From positions 778-64,777 of the forward strand of contig DASXRT010000089.1 in the NCBI GenBank assembly GCA_036506455.1: a stretch of 64,000 nt of DNA, written 5' to 3'. This document shows positions 62,233 to 64,000 of this stretch, in pieces. The number at the start of each line of letters is the position of its first letter. Position 1 is the stretch's first letter. Made by a program: the position numbers and the translations under genes. This DNA is from Thermoanaerobaculia bacterium (lineage in GTDB: Bacteria; Acidobacteriota; Thermoanaerobaculia; Gp7-AA8). The notes under the pieces are model-generated. The model had not been told where the DNA came from. It was given only the letters and a program-made list of their open reading frames with translations, and did not search any database.

Positions 62233-63087
62233 TTAGAACTCCTTTCGCTGAAAGAACCAGGAAGCGAGAACGAGACATCCCACGCCGAAAGCGGCGGTGG
62301 ACACAAAGACCATCGGTGAGATCTCACGGAGCTGCGGCGGCATCTTATCGCCGGCGACGTACGCCACAACGGCGCGCCCGAGCTCCGCGGTCTTCGGCAG
62401 AATCCAGTACATCGTCTTGATCAATCGCGCCTTCCATTCCGAAGAAACGAGAGCTTCGAAACGCTCATGCCCGACGAGCATCGCCGAGAAGAGGAACGCG
62501 CCGCAGGTGGCCATGATCGATACCGCCGTCGACGAGGTGATCACGCCGACGAGGAACGCCAGGGCCATCAGCACGGCGATAACGAACAGGATGATCGCGC
62601 CGCCGAGGAAGAAGCGCGGATGAACCACGTGCGTCTTCCACATCACGATCAGCCAGATCGATCCGAGGAGGTAGAGGACATTGCTGGCCGCGAGCAGCAG
62701 GCCGGCGACGTATCTCGATAGGAGCAACTTCACGCGACTGAGCGGCCGCGACAGGTAGAGGTCGATCGTCCCCTTCTCCTGCATGCGCGGGACGAGATGG
62801 GCGGTGGCGAAGATCGACAGGAACGTGCAGAGCACGTAGAGGACGGCCGAAAAGCCCGACTCAAATCCGAGGACGAGCTGTTCGATGCTGATGTCGGCGT
62901 TTCTGCGCATGTGCACTTCATTGCCGAACAGCTTCGCGCCAGCCAGAGTGCCGTCCACAATATCGAGATTAATAGCCGACGCAAATATAATGATGAATAT
63001 TGACGACAATAAAAAGTAAGCGATGAGCGTCCAGCGAGCGGCCGCCTCGCGCATGACGTCTTCGATGTTGGCCGCGAGAGCTCTCAT
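62233..63087 (-). CDS. ABC-2-type transporter permease
   Basis: Six TM segments. ATGA overlap with the ATPase gene. Confidence 0.65.
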   Translation of the reverse strand: MRALAANIEDVMREAAARWTLIAYFLLSSIFIIIFASAINLDIVDGTLAGAKLFGNEVHMRRNADISIEQLVLGFESGFSAVLYVLCTFLSIFATAHLVPRMQEKGTIDLYLSRPLSRVKLLLSRYVAGLLLAASNVLYLLGSIWLIVMWKTHVVHPRFFLGGAIILFVIAVLMALAFLVGVITSSTAVSIMATCGAFLFSAMLVGHERFEALVSSEWKARLIKTMYWILPKTAELGRAVVAYVAGDKMPPQLREISPMVFVSTAAFGVGCLVLASWFFQRKEF

Positions 63088-63986
63088 TTGTCTGTCTCTC
63101 CACCGACGATGACATCGGACGCGCGGATGAGATCGACGAACACGTCCTCGAGCGTGGAGCGCACCGGCGACAACTCCGACAGAACCGCACCGCGAGCGCG
63201 TGCGGTATCGACCAGCGCATTCAGATGCTCCAGGTCGGAGACGGAGAGAACGACGTGACCATTCACGCGCTCGACGTCTGCACCACTGTCGCGGAACGTG
63301 GCCACGAGCGAGTCATCGATCGGAGTCGCCACCATCTTGTACTTCGCCGATTTGCGCGTCAGCTCGTCGATCGTCCCCGCGGCCGCGACTTTTCCGTTGC
63401 GCAGCACGGCCACGCGATCGCATGTCAGCTCGATCTCCGACAGCAGATGTGAATTGAGCAGCACGGCCGTTCCGTTCTTCGCTTCATCGCGAAGAAGATC
63501 GCGGATCTCGCGACGGCCCACGGGATCGACGCCATCGGTCGGCTCGTCGAGCAGCAGGACGTTCGGGGCGTGAATCAGCGCCGCCGCCAGTCCGAGCCGT
63601 TGCGTCATCCCCTTCGAAAACTTTTTCACGCGCACGTCCGCCCACGCGGAGAGCCGCACTTTCTCCAGAAGCTCGCCCGTGCGGCGCCTGATCGTGTCGC
63701 GGTCCATCTCCGACATCCGGCCGAAGATCGACAGCGCCTGCCGCGCGGTCAGGTAGCCGGGGATCCTGTGACCCTCCGGCAGATAGCCGGCGCGGCGTCG
63801 CGACTCGGGATTCGAGACCGGAAGGCCGCTGACGAGGGCTCGCCCCGCGGTCGCAGGAGTGAGCCCGAGAAGGATTTTGACCGCCGTGGTCTTGCCAGCG
63901 CCATTTGGGCCCAGAAGGCCGAAGAGCTCACCCGCGCGGACGGCGAAATCGATGCCGTCGAGCGCGGTGATCCGCCGGCCGTACAC
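63084..63986 (-). CDS. ABC transporter ATP-binding protein
   Basis: Walker A GPNGAGKTT, signature LSKGMTQR, Walker B LLLDEPT. Confidence 0.9.
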   Translation of the reverse strand: MYGRRITALDGIDFAVRAGELFGLLGPNGAGKTTAVKILLGLTPATAGRALVSGLPVSNPESRRRAGYLPEGHRIPGYLTARQALSIFGRMSEMDRDTIRRRTGELLEKVRLSAWADVRVKKFSKGMTQRLGLAAALIHAPNVLLLDEPTDGVDPVGRREIRDLLRDEAKNGTAVLLNSHLLSEIELTCDRVAVLRNGKVAAAGTIDELTRKSAKYKMVATPIDDSLVATFRDSGADVERVNGHVVLSVSDLEHLNALVDTARARGAVLSELSPVRSTLEDVFVDLIRASDVIVGGETDK

Positions 63987-64000
63987 CTTCCTGAGGCCGC

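Overview
High-GC (roughly two-thirds G+C by eye) bacterial chromosomal segment carrying about 60 tightly packed genes, many joined by ATGA-type 4-nt overlaps. Housekeeping genes present: the 3-prime end of the F1 ATP synthase operon (atpG partial, atpD, atpC), topA, uvrA, mdh, metX, an ATP-dependent DNA ligase, guaD, a serB / class-V serC / serA operon, mpg, suhB, glmU and yvcK. Accessory or uncharacterised content is interleaved: (1) a sensorless histidine-kinase core plus an NtrC-type sigma-54 activator directly downstream of atpC; (2) a giant (~1270 aa) orphan sigma-54 activator with a ~950-aa helical-repeat N-terminus; (3) a translationally coupled DUF3999-like / DUF2339 envelope pair; (4) a low-GC insert encoding an IPTL-CTERM-like secreted protein, flanked by a duplicated 55-bp copy of the activator gene's 3-prime end; (5) an operon ATP-grasp ligase / small protein / GCS2 (YbdK) carboxylate-amine ligase / MetA-fold acyltransferase / yvcK / glmU with a divergent esterase, which I rank as the best candidate for an undescribed amide- or peptide-forming system; (6) archaemetzincin plus a DUF99-like gene, a PP2C phosphatase divergent from a secreted VWA protein, and a retropepsin-like double aspartic protease; (7) several intergenic hairpin/repeat elements with internal heptad or decamer periodicity, and one strong sigma-54-type promoter match. 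No rRNA, tRNA, CRISPR array or transposase was found. Gene content fits a Gemmatimonadota/Acidobacteriota-like soil bacterium, but that is a guess. Every domain call is from reading motifs by eye; no database search was possible. The ORF track also uses GTG/TTG as starts, so several starts were re-placed.
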